A DNA stretch of 64,000 nt from Vulcanimicrobiota bacterium (GTDB lineage: Bacteria; Vulcanimicrobiota; Vulcanimicrobiia; Vulcanimicrobiales; Vulcanimicrobiaceae), in NCBI GenBank assembly GCA_963714015.1, contig OY970223.1, positions 288,001 to 352,000 on the forward strand, given 5' to 3'. Below the pieces are notes generated by a model that was given only the letters and a program-made list of their open reading frames with translations, did not search any database and was not told where the DNA came from. The position numbers and the translations under genes are program-made. Numbering within the stretch: the stretch's first letter is position 1; every line of letters begins with the position of its first letter. Below, piece after piece: positions 20,618-30,693 of the stretch.

Positions 20618-21343
20618 TTACCCTCGCTGCAGGTTATCCGCAATACGCATCATTTCGTCCGCCGCTTGGACGCCTTTCGCATTCGCTTCGTACGCGCGCT
20701 GGGCGGCGAGAATCTGCATCATCGCCTCGACGATCGAAACATTCGACTGCTCGAGCATGCCGAAGCGGATGTGTGGTCCGCTCGATGCATCCGCATGAAT
20801 GGGCAAAGCCTTTCCCGATTCATGCGTCGCGAAGAACAGCGTTCCTCCCGAGGGCTGCAGATACTCCGGCGCGGTAAAGCGCTCGAGTTGAATATGACCG
20901 CAGTTGATTTTTCCTTTAGCGTTTGTCGCTAACACGGTTCCTTCCGGCGATACGGTTGCGGAGAGCGCGTCGGCGGGAATGCGAACGTTTTGCAGACACC
21001 AGCCGTCCGCATTTCGCAATCTACCGTCGGCAGATCGCGAGAACTGGCCGTCCCGGGTATACGCCGTTTGCCCGTCTTTCGTAACGGCGAAGAACCCTTC
21101 GCCTTCAATCGCCAGATCGAATGGTCCACCGCCGTGAGTGAGCCGTCCCTGCGCAAATTCGGTGCGTATTCCCGAGCTCGAAGTCCCGAGCATTTCGCCG
21201 TCCGGTGAAGCGACGCCGGCAAATTGCATCGTTGCGCCTTTGAAGCCGGCGACGTCGGCGTTGGCCAGATTGCCGGCGATGGTCTCCAGATTTTGCTGCT
21301 GCGCAGCCATTCCGCTGGCTGCGGCGTAAAGTGCGCGGTTCAT
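20618..21343 (-). CDS. flgG: Flagellar basal-body rod protein FlgG-like
   Basis: MNRALYAAASGM, NLAN, DLAIEGEGFF, YTRDGQF, LEQSNVSIVEAM, QRAYEANAKGVQAADEM. Confidence 0.88.
   Translation of the reverse strand: MNRALYAAASGMAAQQQNLETIAGNLANADVAGFKGATMQFAGVASPDGEMLGTSSSGIRTEFAQGRLTHGGGPFDLAIEGEGFFAVTKDGQTAYTRDGQFSRSADGRLRNADGWCLQNVRIPADALSATVSPEGTVLATNAKGKINCGHIQLERFTAPEYLQPSGGTLFFATHESGKALPIHADASSGPHIRFGMLEQSNVSIVEAMMQILAAQRAYEANAKGVQAADEMMRIADNLQRG
20622..20677 (-). repeat. 56-bp direct repeat (copy 2, native flgG 3' end)
   Basis: Identical to 19371-19426. Confidence 0.95.
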
Positions 21344-21942
21344 TTCAGCGCGCCCACTTGTGTGGCAGCGCGCTCGCGCGTTTGGTCGATTGCGGAAAGC
21401 ACTTTCTGCGCGGTTTCGAATGAGCGCTGTGCGGTCAGAACGTCCAGCATCTCGCCGATCGCATCGGCGTTCGAACCTTCTAAGAACCCGCTGCGAACGA
21501 TCGTTCCAGCGTGAAGCCGAAGGCGATCCAGCACAACGCCGTTGCGAACGACCGCGCCGTTCTTGTCGATGCGCGAACCGGCCGGAACCTGCACTGCTCC
21601 TTTCGATCCCAAAACGAGGTTGCCGCCAGCATCGACGAGCCTCCCGAAGCGGTCGAGCTCAAATGCACCATTGCGCGTCTGAGTTACCGAGCCGTCGGCC
21701 TTTCGAACGGAAAATGCGCCTTTCCCCACGATGGCGAGATCCAAATCACGACCCGTTCGCCGCAAAGGCCCCTGCTCATCACTAATAAACCGCTGCAGCC
21801 GTACGCCGTTTGTCGTCAGCGACCCCTTCAGCGCGCACTTTCGAAACCCGTCAGTCGATCCGTTCGCCAAGTTCGCCGCCGCCACGTCCAGGCGGGCTTG
21901 CGCCGCGGACATCGCACCGGCCGCCCATCCAATTCCATCCAT
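21340..21942 (-). CDS. flgF: Flagellar rod protein FlgF-like
   Basis: ANLANGSTDGF, TGRDLDLAIVGKGAF, TRNGAF, GFLEGSN, QRSFETAQK. Confidence 0.75.
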   Translation of the reverse strand: MDGIGWAAGAMSAAQARLDVAAANLANGSTDGFRKCALKGSLTTNGVRLQRFISDEQGPLRRTGRDLDLAIVGKGAFSVRKADGSVTQTRNGAFELDRFGRLVDAGGNLVLGSKGAVQVPAGSRIDKNGAVVRNGVVLDRLRLHAGTIVRSGFLEGSNADAIGEMLDVLTAQRSFETAQKVLSAIDQTRERAATQVGALK

Positions 21943-21986
21943 GCGCGCATGATAGACGCAGCTTGTGTCCGAACCTTGAACGGCGT

Positions 21987-22367
21987 ATGTCGACGGCTCG
22001 CACATCCATCCTGATCGGCTTCACATTGGCTGCTTGCGCTCTCGCGCTGCCTGCCTGCAGCGGCGGCACGAGCAGTTCGGCGAATCCAACCTTGGATCGC
22101 GAACAGCAGCAAGCCGCTACGCTCAAGAAACGCTACCCCGACGTGATCATGGGTACCGACGTACAGAACCGTACCCTGGCGGTCTACGTCAACGTCGACA
22201 ATATGTACTCGATGGACGAAGCCGCCGAAGCGGCAATGAAAGCGGACGCCTTGGCGCAATGGAAGCGCGTCTGGGCTTCGGCGCATGCGCATAAGCACGC
22301 GCTTTTGCGTCTGTCGGTCCGCGATTACTACGGCAAAGAGATCTACTCCGCATCCGCGCGCATCTGA
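21987..22367 (+). CDS. Hypothetical lipoprotein
   Basis: Signal peptide with LPAC lipobox; abuts the downstream glycosyltransferase. Confidence 0.7.
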   Translation: MSTARTSILIGFTLAACALALPACSGGTSSSANPTLDREQQQAATLKKRYPDVIMGTDVQNRTLAVYVNVDNMYSMDEAAEAAMKADALAQWKRVWASAHAHKHALLRLSVRDYYGKEIYSASARI

Positions 22368-22369
22368 CG

Positions 22370-23902
22370 ATGACGCGCAAGGACTACTGGTACGCGACGA
22401 GCATCTCGCTCTTCTCGTTCATCCTTTGCGGCATCCGTTATTGGTATCCGCCTGAAAAATACTTCGATGAAGTTTACTATCCGCAATCGGCGGTAGAGTA
22501 TTTGTTGCGGCAGCCTCAGTACGAATGGACGCATCCCCCGCTGACCAAACTGCTCATCGCGGTATCGATGCTGCTGTTCGGCGGCGCGCACTCTGCGCTC
22601 GGCAACGGCAGTTACGGCTGGCGTTTTTTGAACGTGGTCGTCGGCGCTGCGACCGTGTTTCTGCTTTACGCTTTTGCCAAGCGTTTGACCGGATCGACGG
22701 CATTTTCGATTATTGCCGCCGGACTGCTGGTTTTGGACGGATTCCATTTCGCTCAGTCGCGCATCGCCACACCGGAGATCACCGTCGCGTTCTTCTCGCT
22801 GCTGATCCTCTACGCGTTCACTCGTTATTTGGATTCGCTGCAGGAACGGCCGGCCGAACCCGCGCCGCCGGTTCCGAAAATCGAAGCGTTTGCCTCGTAC
22901 GCGATCGCCGGCGGTTTTGCAATCGGCATTCTGTTGATCGGACGGCTGGCGGGTCAATCCGGTGCTGCGGTCTGGTTGATGAGCGTTTTCCTGACGCTTG
23001 CTTTTTACACGGTGCTGCGGTTCCGTCTGGCGCCGCCCGGAGGTCCGCGTCTGTGGCTCTGGATTACCGCGCTCGGGTGCGGTCTTGGCGCCGCTTCCAA
23101 GTGGAACGATCTGTTCGATCTGATCGTCATATGCGGTTTTGCCTGCGGCGTCGTGCTCTTTCCGCGTCTCGAGTGGCGACTGCCGCTGGACGCGTTCTTG
23201 GCGGCCGTGCTTTCCGTGACGATCGCGGTGTATTTGACGTCTTATATTCCGTTTTTTCTGACGCCGCATCCGGCCTCGTACGAAGCGCGGAACGATCTCA
23301 CCGGTTTGATGGATCTGCAGTATCAGATGTACTACTATCACGACGTCACGCTTAGGCATTATACGCCGCATCCGTACAGTTCGAAATGGTGGGAGTGGCC
23401 GCTCCTCTATCAGCCGATTGCGTACTGGTATAAGGATTATCGCACCGGGCCTGCCGCACGTGTGGCCGCCGGCTGCTGCGTTGCGGAGATCATGGCTCTG
23501 CCGAACCCAATGAGCTGGTGGTTCGGGCTGCTCTCGATACCATTTCTGGGCTACTTGGCGTTAATCAGGCGCAGCCGCGCGTATCTGCTGCTGTTCGTCG
23601 CGTATTTCGCGCAGTGGCTTCCGTGGATCGCCTCACCGCGCATGCTCTTCGAGTATCATTTTTTTCCGAACGACGCCATCATTCTGCTCGCCGACACCAT
23701 CGCGCTGCAGTGGATGTACGATCGAGCGAAGACTTCCGGTTTTCAGCAAGAGCTCTTGGCGCGCTGGGGCATCGGCGTATTTCTGGCCGCTTGCCTCATC
23801 ATGTTCGTGTACTTCTATCCCGTTCTTGCCGGCGATCATATCAGCTACGCGCAGTGGCAATCGCGCATGTGGTTCCGCCACTGGATTATCGGCCCCGGCT
23901 AA
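22370..23902 (+). CDS. Protein O-mannosyltransferase (PMT/GT39-like) phospholipid-carrier glycosyltransferase
   Basis: YFDEVYY, HPPLTKLLI, GWRF, QSRIA, KW, HPYSSKWWEWP, multiple TM segments. Confidence 0.88.
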   Translation: MTRKDYWYATSISLFSFILCGIRYWYPPEKYFDEVYYPQSAVEYLLRQPQYEWTHPPLTKLLIAVSMLLFGGAHSALGNGSYGWRFLNVVVGAATVFLLYAFAKRLTGSTAFSIIAAGLLVLDGFHFAQSRIATPEITVAFFSLLILYAFTRYLDSLQERPAEPAPPVPKIEAFASYAIAGGFAIGILLIGRLAGQSGAAVWLMSVFLTLAFYTVLRFRLAPPGGPRLWLWITALGCGLGAASKWNDLFDLIVICGFACGVVLFPRLEWRLPLDAFLAAVLSVTIAVYLTSYIPFFLTPHPASYEARNDLTGLMDLQYQMYYYHDVTLRHYTPHPYSSKWWEWPLLYQPIAYWYKDYRTGPAARVAAGCCVAEIMALPNPMSWWFGLLSIPFLGYLALIRRSRAYLLLFVAYFAQWLPWIASPRMLFEYHFFPNDAIILLADTIALQWMYDRAKTSGFQQELLARWGIGVFLAACLIMFVYFYPVLAGDHISYAQWQSRMWFRHWIIGPG

Positions 23903-23920
23903 TATCCTAGGCCCCCACGG

Positions 23921-24998
23921 TCATAAATTGGCAATGACCCGTTGCGTAAATTCTTCCGTATTCAGCGCCGGCTCTCCGCTGCGCGCGAGTTCCTTTGTGC
24001 GAGCCCCTAATGCGAACGCGCGCTCTACCGCGCGCTCTATGCGCGCGGCGCCGGCGGCATCGTCCAAACTGTGACGCAGCAGCATGGCGGCGGAAAGAAT
24101 TGCCGCGGTCGGATTGGCGACACCTTGCCCGGCGATGTCCGGAGCGCTGCCGCTGATCGGTTCGTAGAGTCCGAACCGCCGGTTTCCGCTGCCGCGCGTT
24201 CCGAGGCTCGCGCTCGGCAAGTTTCCGATCGAGCCGGTCAAGATCGCTGCTTCGTCCGAGAGAATGTCGCCGAACATGTTCTCCGTGACGATGACGTCGA
24301 AGTCGGCGGGGCGCCGAACGAGCTGCATTGCGGCGTTGTCGACGAGAAGATGCGAGAGGCGCACGTCCGGATAATCGGCCGCAACGCGTTCGACGACACG
24401 CCGCCACAAGCGTGAAGTCTCCAAAATGTTTTGTTTGTCGATCGACGTGAGTCTGCTTGCGCCGTCCGCGCGCCAAATCGAACGCCACGCGCGCGATCCG
24501 TTCGATCTCGGGCGCGCGATAGATCATCGTGTCGACGGCCTCTTCGATTCCGTCTGCTCCGATTCGCTGCTCTTTGGGCTTGCCGAAATAGATGCCGCCC
24601 GTGAGTTCGCGCACGACGACGAGGTCCAACCCGCGCACCAGCTCCGGCAACAGACTCGACGCCGCCTCGAGTCCCGCAAAGACGCGAACCGGTCGAATAT
24701 TCGCATAGAGTTCGAAGCTGCCGCGCAAGATGAACAAGGCATACTCGGGGCGTTCAGCCAGCGGCTTTCCGTCGTATTCGGGAAGTCCCACCGCGCCGAA
24801 CAGAATAGCTGCGCTGCGTTCGCAGAGCTCGCGAGCCTCATCGGGCAACGGCGGTTTACCTTGGCGCAGCGGCCCGGCGCCGACATCGGCGTGCTGGTAC
24901 TCCAGATCGGGGCGAACGGTAGAGAGCACGCGCACGGCGGAGCGCGTGACCTCAGGCCCGATGCCGTCACCGGGCAATACCGCGACGACCTGCGCCAA
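23921..24998 (-). CDS. leuB: 3-isopropylmalate dehydrogenase (frameshift near 24450)
   Basis: [20 protein letters not shown] in one frame; [34 protein letters not shown] in the other. Confidence 0.93.
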
Positions 24999-25000
24999 GA

Positions 25001-25543
25001 TCAGTACACGGTTATTCGCGTAGTTTCGGTCTGCGGCGCGGGCTGCGGTTCCGGCGACGCATCGGTTTCGGCGTGGAGCGTCGTGCCGTTCGTGTTCGGA
25101 ACGGCGCGTTCGAGCAACGCCAGATGCGTCATCAGCAGGCTGCGCAGCTCGCTCTTGGCTTTTTCAGCGGATTCCAGCGCACGCTGATGCTCGCGCCGAG
25201 CGTCCGCCGCAGCATCGGTGAACGAAGCAATCTCGCGCTCCGATGCGATGCGCGCCTTTTCTTTGATCAGATCCGCTTCTTTATGCGCCGATGCCTTCAC
25301 CTCGTCGGCTGTGCGCTGGGCAAGTACCAGCGTGTTTTGCAGCGACTCTTCCATCGCTTTGAAGTGGCTGATGCGTTCCTTGAGATCGGCGACCTCCGCT
25401 TGAAGGGCAGCGACGTGCTGAGCGTCGTCTTCCAGCGTTTCGATGATCTCGTCGAGGAACTGATCCACTTCGGCGCGGTCATAGCCTTGCAGCGCCTTCT
25501 TGAAGCTTCTGTGCTGGATGTCTATCGGCGTAATCTTTTGCAC
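25001..25543 (-). CDS. divIVA: DivIVA domain protein
   Basis: ITPIDIQHRSFKKALQGYDRAEVDQFLD plus coiled coil; follows sepF. Confidence 0.93.
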   Translation of the reverse strand: MQKITPIDIQHRSFKKALQGYDRAEVDQFLDEIIETLEDDAQHVAALQAEVADLKERISHFKAMEESLQNTLVLAQRTADEVKASAHKEADLIKEKARIASEREIASFTDAAADARREHQRALESAEKAKSELRSLLMTHLALLERAVPNTNGTTLHAETDASPEPQPAPQTETTRITVY

Positions 25544-25547
25544 GGCG

Positions 25548-25964
25548 TCATCCCCGGTTGGAGAGGAAATCCAACGAGCCGTCGGCCATCATGGAGTCGC
25601 GCAATCCCTGCGCGTTTACCACAACGCCCGCCGGCACGACCAAGTAGATGGCTTCCGCCAGTTTCTGAATCTTCCCGTCGATCGTGTACGCAACGCCCGA
25701 CGTGAAGTCGACGACCCGCTGCAGCAGCGTGCGATCGGCGTTCTGCAGATTGACGATCACGACTTGGCGGCTGCGCAGCGCATCCGCAATCTCCGTGACG
25801 TCGCCGAACGAGCGCGGAGAGTAGACGCTGACCTCGGTACCGCCGCGGCGCCCCGCGTTGCTGAGCGGAACGACGGTCCGGGACCCCGCAGGTTCGTCTT
25901 CGTAGAGTTCGTCGTCCTCATCGTTCATTGAGAAAAAGGAGCCGATTTTGCTGAACATGCTCAT
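25548..25964 (-). CDS. sepF: Cell division protein SepF
   Basis: PRSFGDVTEIADAL, VIVNL, RVVDFTSG, P-x-x-V. Confidence 0.93.
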   Translation of the reverse strand: MSMFSKIGSFFSMNDEDDELYEDEPAGSRTVVPLSNAGRRGGTEVSVYSPRSFGDVTEIADALRSRQVVIVNLQNADRTLLQRVVDFTSGVAYTIDGKIQKLAEAIYLVVPAGVVVNAQGLRDSMMADGSLDFLSNRG

Positions 25965-25997
25965 GGCACTACCTCGTTTACCGCGGCAATTGCGCCG

Positions 25998-26666
25998 CTA
26001 CATTACTGCGTTCTTCGACGTTCGCGGCGCGGGTCTTGGTCCGAAAATCGTGCTGCCGGCGCGTATCATCGTTGAGCCTGCACGTACTGCAAGCGGCCAG
26101 TCGCCGCTCATTCCGATCGACAGCGTGTCGCCGCCGATGCGAGAAAAGACCCGCGCGGCCAGGTCGAAGGAACGCGCGATTTCGTCCGAGTCGCCGGTGA
26201 TAGGGCCGATCGCCATGATCCCACGCAAATCCAGATGCTCCAGCGCTTGGAGCTGGGCGGCAAGTTTCTCCGCGTTTTCGGGCGCACAGCCGAAACGCTC
26301 GGCCGGCGATACGTTGAGCTGCAAGAGGACGGGCAAGCGCTTGCCGAGCCCTTCGGCGGCTTTGGCAAGCGCCGCTCCGGCGTCGAGCCGGTCGACGCTC
26401 TGCACCCAATCGAACGTGGCCGCTATTGCTTTGGCTTTGTTCGTTTGAATGTGTCCGATGAAGTGCTTGACGACTCGCTCGCCCAAATCCGGATCGCCGT
26501 ACTTCGCGCGCGCTTCCTGGACGTAGTTTTCGCCGACCTCTTCTGCGCCCGCGTCGAGTGCTTCGCGCACGGCGAAAGCCGGGTGAAATTTCGTGACCGC
26601 TACGATGCGGACGTGCGCCGGAACTTCAGCGCGAAGGCGCTGATACCGCTGCGCTATTGTTTCCAA
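25998..26666 (-). CDS. yggS: PLP homeostasis protein YggS
   Basis: VAVTK, GENYVQE, HFIGHIQTNK, LSIGMSGD, GSTMIRAGSTIFG. Confidence 0.95.
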   Translation of the reverse strand: METIAQRYQRLRAEVPAHVRIVAVTKFHPAFAVREALDAGAEEVGENYVQEARAKYGDPDLGERVVKHFIGHIQTNKAKAIAATFDWVQSVDRLDAGAALAKAAEGLGKRLPVLLQLNVSPAERFGCAPENAEKLAAQLQALEHLDLRGIMAIGPITGDSDEIARSFDLAARVFSRIGGDTLSIGMSGDWPLAVRAGSTMIRAGSTIFGPRPAPRTSKNAVM

Positions 26667-27489
26667 CGGGGCGCTCGTCCGTGTGCTTGTGCTTTCTCAT
26701 GCACACGTATATTCCGATAATGCCGATTGGAATCATCGGAATTGCGTAAAGCTGGCCGCCCGTGATCCCGTGCCACACGAAATCGGCATGACGCCACGTC
26801 TCGGCGACCGTACGCGTGATTCCGTACATCGTGAACCAGCTCCAGGCGACGACGCCGTCCGGCGGCCGCTGCTTGTAGATGATCAGCAGAATGGGAAGCG
26901 TAATCGCGTCGAGTATCGCTTCGTAAATCTGCGAGGGATGGCGGTAGTAAGAGCCCCAATCTGCCGTATTGCCGGGGATCATGCACCACGGATGATCCGG
27001 AACGCACCGGTCGCCCCAGAGCTCGTCGTTGATGAAGTTGACGCAGCGCGTGAGCGTGATCCCGACCGGCAGCAGCATCACGACTTCGTCGCCGAGCACG
27101 GAAAACGTCAGCCCGGGATGCTTGCGTAAGAACAGCAGCAGGGCCACGATTACGCCGACCAACCCGCCGTGGAAGGCCATGCCGCCGTTCCAAACGGCGA
27201 CGAAGTTGATGGGATTGCTGAAATACATCCCCGCGTCGTGCTTGCTGATCATGTCGTTGATGACGAAGAACGTGCGGCCGCCGATCAGGACGCCTACCAG
27301 CGCATAGACGAGAAAATCCTGAATTTGCTCGCGCGTCAAACCGAGCCGGCGCCTTCCCGAAGGCCGGCTCATCCAGAAATAGACCGCGATGAATCCAATC
27401 AGGTACGAGATGCCGTACCAATGGACGGCAAGCGGTCCTAACCGGAACGCTATCGGGCTAAGATTGGGATAGACAAACCAGTGATTCAT
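26626..27489 (-). CDS. lgt: Prolipoprotein diacylglyceryl transferase
   Basis: VHWYG, GGR, GGMAFHGG, NFINDELWG, RHPSQIYE. Confidence 0.95.
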   Translation of the reverse strand: MNHWFVYPNLSPIAFRLGPLAVHWYGISYLIGFIAVYFWMSRPSGRRRLGLTREQIQDFLVYALVGVLIGGRTFFVINDMISKHDAGMYFSNPINFVAVWNGGMAFHGGLVGVIVALLLFLRKHPGLTFSVLGDEVVMLLPVGITLTRCVNFINDELWGDRCVPDHPWCMIPGNTADWGSYYRHPSQIYEAILDAITLPILLIIYKQRPPDGVVAWSWFTMYGITRTVAETWRHADFVWHGITGGQLYAIPMIPIGIIGIYVCMRKHKHTDERPVGNNSAAVSAPSR

Positions 27490-27523
27490 TGATACAGCAT
27501 GACTAAAGAGGGCCTCGTCTAAA

Positions 27524-28294
27524 ATGAGCGGTGTGGGCACAGCACACTTGACGGTCGGAATCGCCTTTCTGGCGGGGCTCGTTTCCTTTGTCTCTCCGTG
27601 CGTCCTTCCGCTGGTGCCGGCGTATCTCTCGTTTCTCACCGGATCGTCCGTCGAAGAGCTGCGCGAGAATACACGGCTCGATTCGCGTGCCGCGACGCTG
27701 GCGCACGCGATCGCCTTCATCGCCGGATTCACTATCGTCTTCGTGCTTTTCGGCGCGTCGGCGAGTGCTTTGGGCGCGGCCTTCCGCGCCAATCAAGTGC
27801 TGCTGGCGCGCATCGGCGGGGCCGTCGTCATTCTGCTCGGCCTGCAGATGATTCTTCAGGCATTCGGCCTGGGTGCCCGGTTTCTGGCCAGGGACACTCG
27901 GGTGCAGGTGCAGACCAAGCGCCGTTCCCTCATCGCCTCGGGAATCGTCGGTCTGGCGTTCGCCGCCGGCTGGTCGCCGTGCATTGGGCCGATTCTGGCC
28001 GGAATACTGGCCCTGGCCTCACAGGAGCAGGGGGTTCGGCAGGGAGCGTGGCTGCTGTTCGTCTATTCCATGGGCTTGGCCGTGCCGTTTTTCATCACCG
28101 CCCTGGCGGTTGGCGCGATATTGCCCGCACTGAACCGCATCAAGCGGGTCATGCCGGTCATCGAAGTCACGGCCGGAGTGTTCATGATTTTCACGGGGGC
28201 CATACTTGTCACAAACTCGTTCCTACGAATCGCCGGGTGGTTCTATCAGTACATCCCGCAGCCAAAGTCTCTGATATCGCGCAGCTGGTCGTAG
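27524..28294 (+). CDS. ccdA: Cytochrome c biogenesis protein CcdA
   Basis: SFVSPCVLPLVPAY, GWSPCIGPIL, YSMGLAVPF. Confidence 0.93.
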   Translation: MSGVGTAHLTVGIAFLAGLVSFVSPCVLPLVPAYLSFLTGSSVEELRENTRLDSRAATLAHAIAFIAGFTIVFVLFGASASALGAAFRANQVLLARIGGAVVILLGLQMILQAFGLGARFLARDTRVQVQTKRRSLIASGIVGLAFAAGWSPCIGPILAGILALASQEQGVRQGAWLLFVYSMGLAVPFFITALAVGAILPALNRIKRVMPVIEVTAGVFMIFTGAILVTNSFLRIAGWFYQYIPQPKSLISRSWS

Positions 28295-28725
28295 TCGCGG
28301 CGATCGTGGTCGCGCTCGATCAATACACCAAGCACATCGTCACTTCGACGTTTCTTCCGGGCGAGAGCCGCTTCGCGATTCCGCGTTTTCTGCGCTGGAC
28401 GTACGAACAGAACGTACACGGCGCCTTCGGCATGTTCGGCTCTTCGCCGTTTCTGCTGATTGTGATGGCGCTCATCGTTCTTGCGATCTTCTGGTACTCG
28501 TTCCGCGATCAGGCGCGGCAATCGCTGCTCGTGCGGATCGCATTCGGCATGATCACGGGCGGCGCCATCGGCAATATCATCGACCGGGTACACTATCGTT
28601 ACGTCGTTGACTTCATCGACTTTTACCGGATTTGGCCGAACATCTTCAACGTGGCCGACGCCTGCATCACCGTCGGCGTCATTTTACTGATCCTCTCGAG
28701 TCTTGCAGCACGTCGTCACGCCTGA
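28237..28725 (+). CDS. lspA: Lipoprotein signal peptidase II (start uncertain)
   Basis: LDQYTK, NVHGAFG, GGAIGNIIDR, VVDFI, FNVAD. Confidence 0.93.
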   Translation: MVLSVHPAAKVSDIAQLVVVAAIVVALDQYTKHIVTSTFLPGESRFAIPRFLRWTYEQNVHGAFGMFGSSPFLLIVMALIVLAIFWYSFRDQARQSLLVRIAFGMITGGAIGNIIDRVHYRYVVDFIDFYRIWPNIFNVADACITVGVILLILSSLAARRHA

Positions 28726-29593
28726 CGAAGCCGGCAAACGTGCCGACGTCATCGTCGCGCATCATACCGGTTTTTCGCGGTCTCTTGTCGCAGACGCCGT
28801 GCGCCGCGGCGAGGTGCGGGTCAACGGTAACGCCGTAAAGGGCAGTTATCTCGCCGCTTCGGGCGACGTCATCGACTATGTCCTTCTCGAAAGACCGGCA
28901 ATTGCGGTCGAACCGGAAGCGATCGATCTAAGCATCATCTTCGAGGACGACGACGTCATCGTCATCGACAAGGCCGCGGGTATGGTGACGCATCCGGCGC
29001 ACGGGGCAACGAGTGGCACGCTGGTGAACGCGCTGCTGGCGCACGTTCGATCGCTGCCCGGCGACGCGCTGCGGCCCGGCCTCGTCCACCGGCTCGACCG
29101 CGACACCTCGGGGCTCATCGTCGTGGCGAAATCCGAATCAGCGCTCAGCGCATTGGGCAAAGCGATGAAAGCGCGTCATATCAGCCGGGAATATTTAGGG
29201 CTGGTCACGGGAGTGCCGCAGCATCCGCGGGGAACCGTCGACGGAGCGATTGGGCGCGACCCGCATAACCGGCTCCGATATGCGATCACGGCCGAAGGCA
29301 AACCGGCGATCACGCACTACGAGATTCGCCAAGGACTCCACAACGCGGCGGAGCTCCTATTTCGTTTGGAGACCGGCCGCACGCATCAAATTCGCGTGCA
29401 CATGGCCGCTATGAGACATCCTCTCGTGAACGACCCAGTCTATGGAAAGACCGATCCGCGGTTCGATTTGCCCGGACAAGCATTGCATGCGTGGCGCCTG
29501 TCGTTTCGCCATCCGCGCAGCGGCCGCGAAATGGTCTTTCAAGCGGATCCTCCGGCGGAGTACACCAGCGCGAAAGCACTCCTGGGACGATGA
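28703..29593 (+). CDS. rluD: RluA/RluD family pseudouridine synthase
   Basis: S4-like N-terminus, VHRLDRDTSG, LETGRTHQIRVH, QALHA; follows lspA. Confidence 0.93.
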   Translation: MQHVVTPDEAGKRADVIVAHHTGFSRSLVADAVRRGEVRVNGNAVKGSYLAASGDVIDYVLLERPAIAVEPEAIDLSIIFEDDDVIVIDKAAGMVTHPAHGATSGTLVNALLAHVRSLPGDALRPGLVHRLDRDTSGLIVVAKSESALSALGKAMKARHISREYLGLVTGVPQHPRGTVDGAIGRDPHNRLRYAITAEGKPAITHYEIRQGLHNAAELLFRLETGRTHQIRVHMAAMRHPLVNDPVYGKTDPRFDLPGQALHAWRLSFRHPRSGREMVFQADPPAEYTSAKALLGR

Positions 29594-30693
29594 GCAGCTT
29601 CGTGCTGCGTCGCTGCGATGCAAGCGCCCGGCGCGGAACGTTGACGCTCGCGCACGGAACCGTCGAAACGCCGGCGTTCATGCCCGTTGGAACTGCGGCG
29701 ACGGTTAAAGGACTGACGACGGACGATCTGCGCTCGGCCCACTCGCAGATCGTTCTTGCCAATACTTATCATCTCTCACTGCGGCCCGGACTCGACATTC
29801 TGCTCGCCGCGGGCGGACTGCACGCGTTCATGGGATGGAACGGCCCTCTTCTGACCGATAGCGGCGGTTTTCAAGTTTTCAGTTTGGAGTCGCGGCGCAC
29901 GCTCGACGAGGACGGCGTAACGTTTGCTTCGCATCTGGACGGCAGCCGCCACCGCTTTACGCCCGAAAACGTGCTGTCGTTTCAAGAAGAGATCGGCGTC
30001 GACATCGCGATGCAGCTCGACGTCTGCGTCAAGCTTCCCGCGGATCGTCAAGCGATTGACGAATCGGTTCGGCTGTCCGCCGAATGGGCGCGCCGCACTT
30101 CGAATGCGCGCAGGCGGCAAGCGACGCTGCTCTTTGCGATTGCACAAGGCGGTCTGGAGAAGGCGGCGCGACAGCAAAGCGTTGAAGCGATTACGGCACT
30201 CGACCTTCCCGGTTATGCAATTGGCGGGCTCTCCGTAGGCGAGACACGAGAGCAGATGTACGAAATCGCGCGTTTTACCGCCGGTTTGCTGCCTGCCGAA
30301 AAGCCGCGATACCTCATGGGGGTCGGAACCGTACGTGACCTGCTCGTGGCGGTCGACTGCGGAATCGACATGTTCGACTGCGTCTATCCTACGCGTTGCG
30401 GGCGCAACGGACGAGCGATGACGCGCCGGGGCGAATTTGCGATTCGAAACGCGGCGTACGCTAGGGATTTCTCGCCGTTGGACGCGACCTGCGGCTGCTT
30501 TGTGTGCCGTGAGCACACGCGCGCCTATCTTTCGCATCTGTTCCGCTGCAACGAGATGCTGGGGCCCCGGCTGCTCTCCTATCACAACGTGTATCTGCTG
30601 AACGATCTGCTGCGCGAGGCGCGCTCTGCAATCGAAGCAGGGACTTGGCAAACGTTCCGCGATAGCGTCCTGCGTGAATCCGCTAAGAAATGA
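29590..30693 (+). CDS. tgt: tRNA-guanine transglycosylase
   Basis: TPAFMPVGT, TDSGGFQVFSL, GGLSVGE, DMFDCV, CxCxxC...H zinc site. Confidence 0.97.
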   Translation: MSSFVLRRCDASARRGTLTLAHGTVETPAFMPVGTAATVKGLTTDDLRSAHSQIVLANTYHLSLRPGLDILLAAGGLHAFMGWNGPLLTDSGGFQVFSLESRRTLDEDGVTFASHLDGSRHRFTPENVLSFQEEIGVDIAMQLDVCVKLPADRQAIDESVRLSAEWARRTSNARRRQATLLFAIAQGGLEKAARQQSVEAITALDLPGYAIGGLSVGETREQMYEIARFTAGLLPAEKPRYLMGVGTVRDLLVAVDCGIDMFDCVYPTRCGRNGRAMTRRGEFAIRNAAYARDFSPLDATCGCFVCREHTRAYLSHLFRCNEMLGPRLLSYHNVYLLNDLLREARSAIEAGTWQTFRDSVLRESAKK

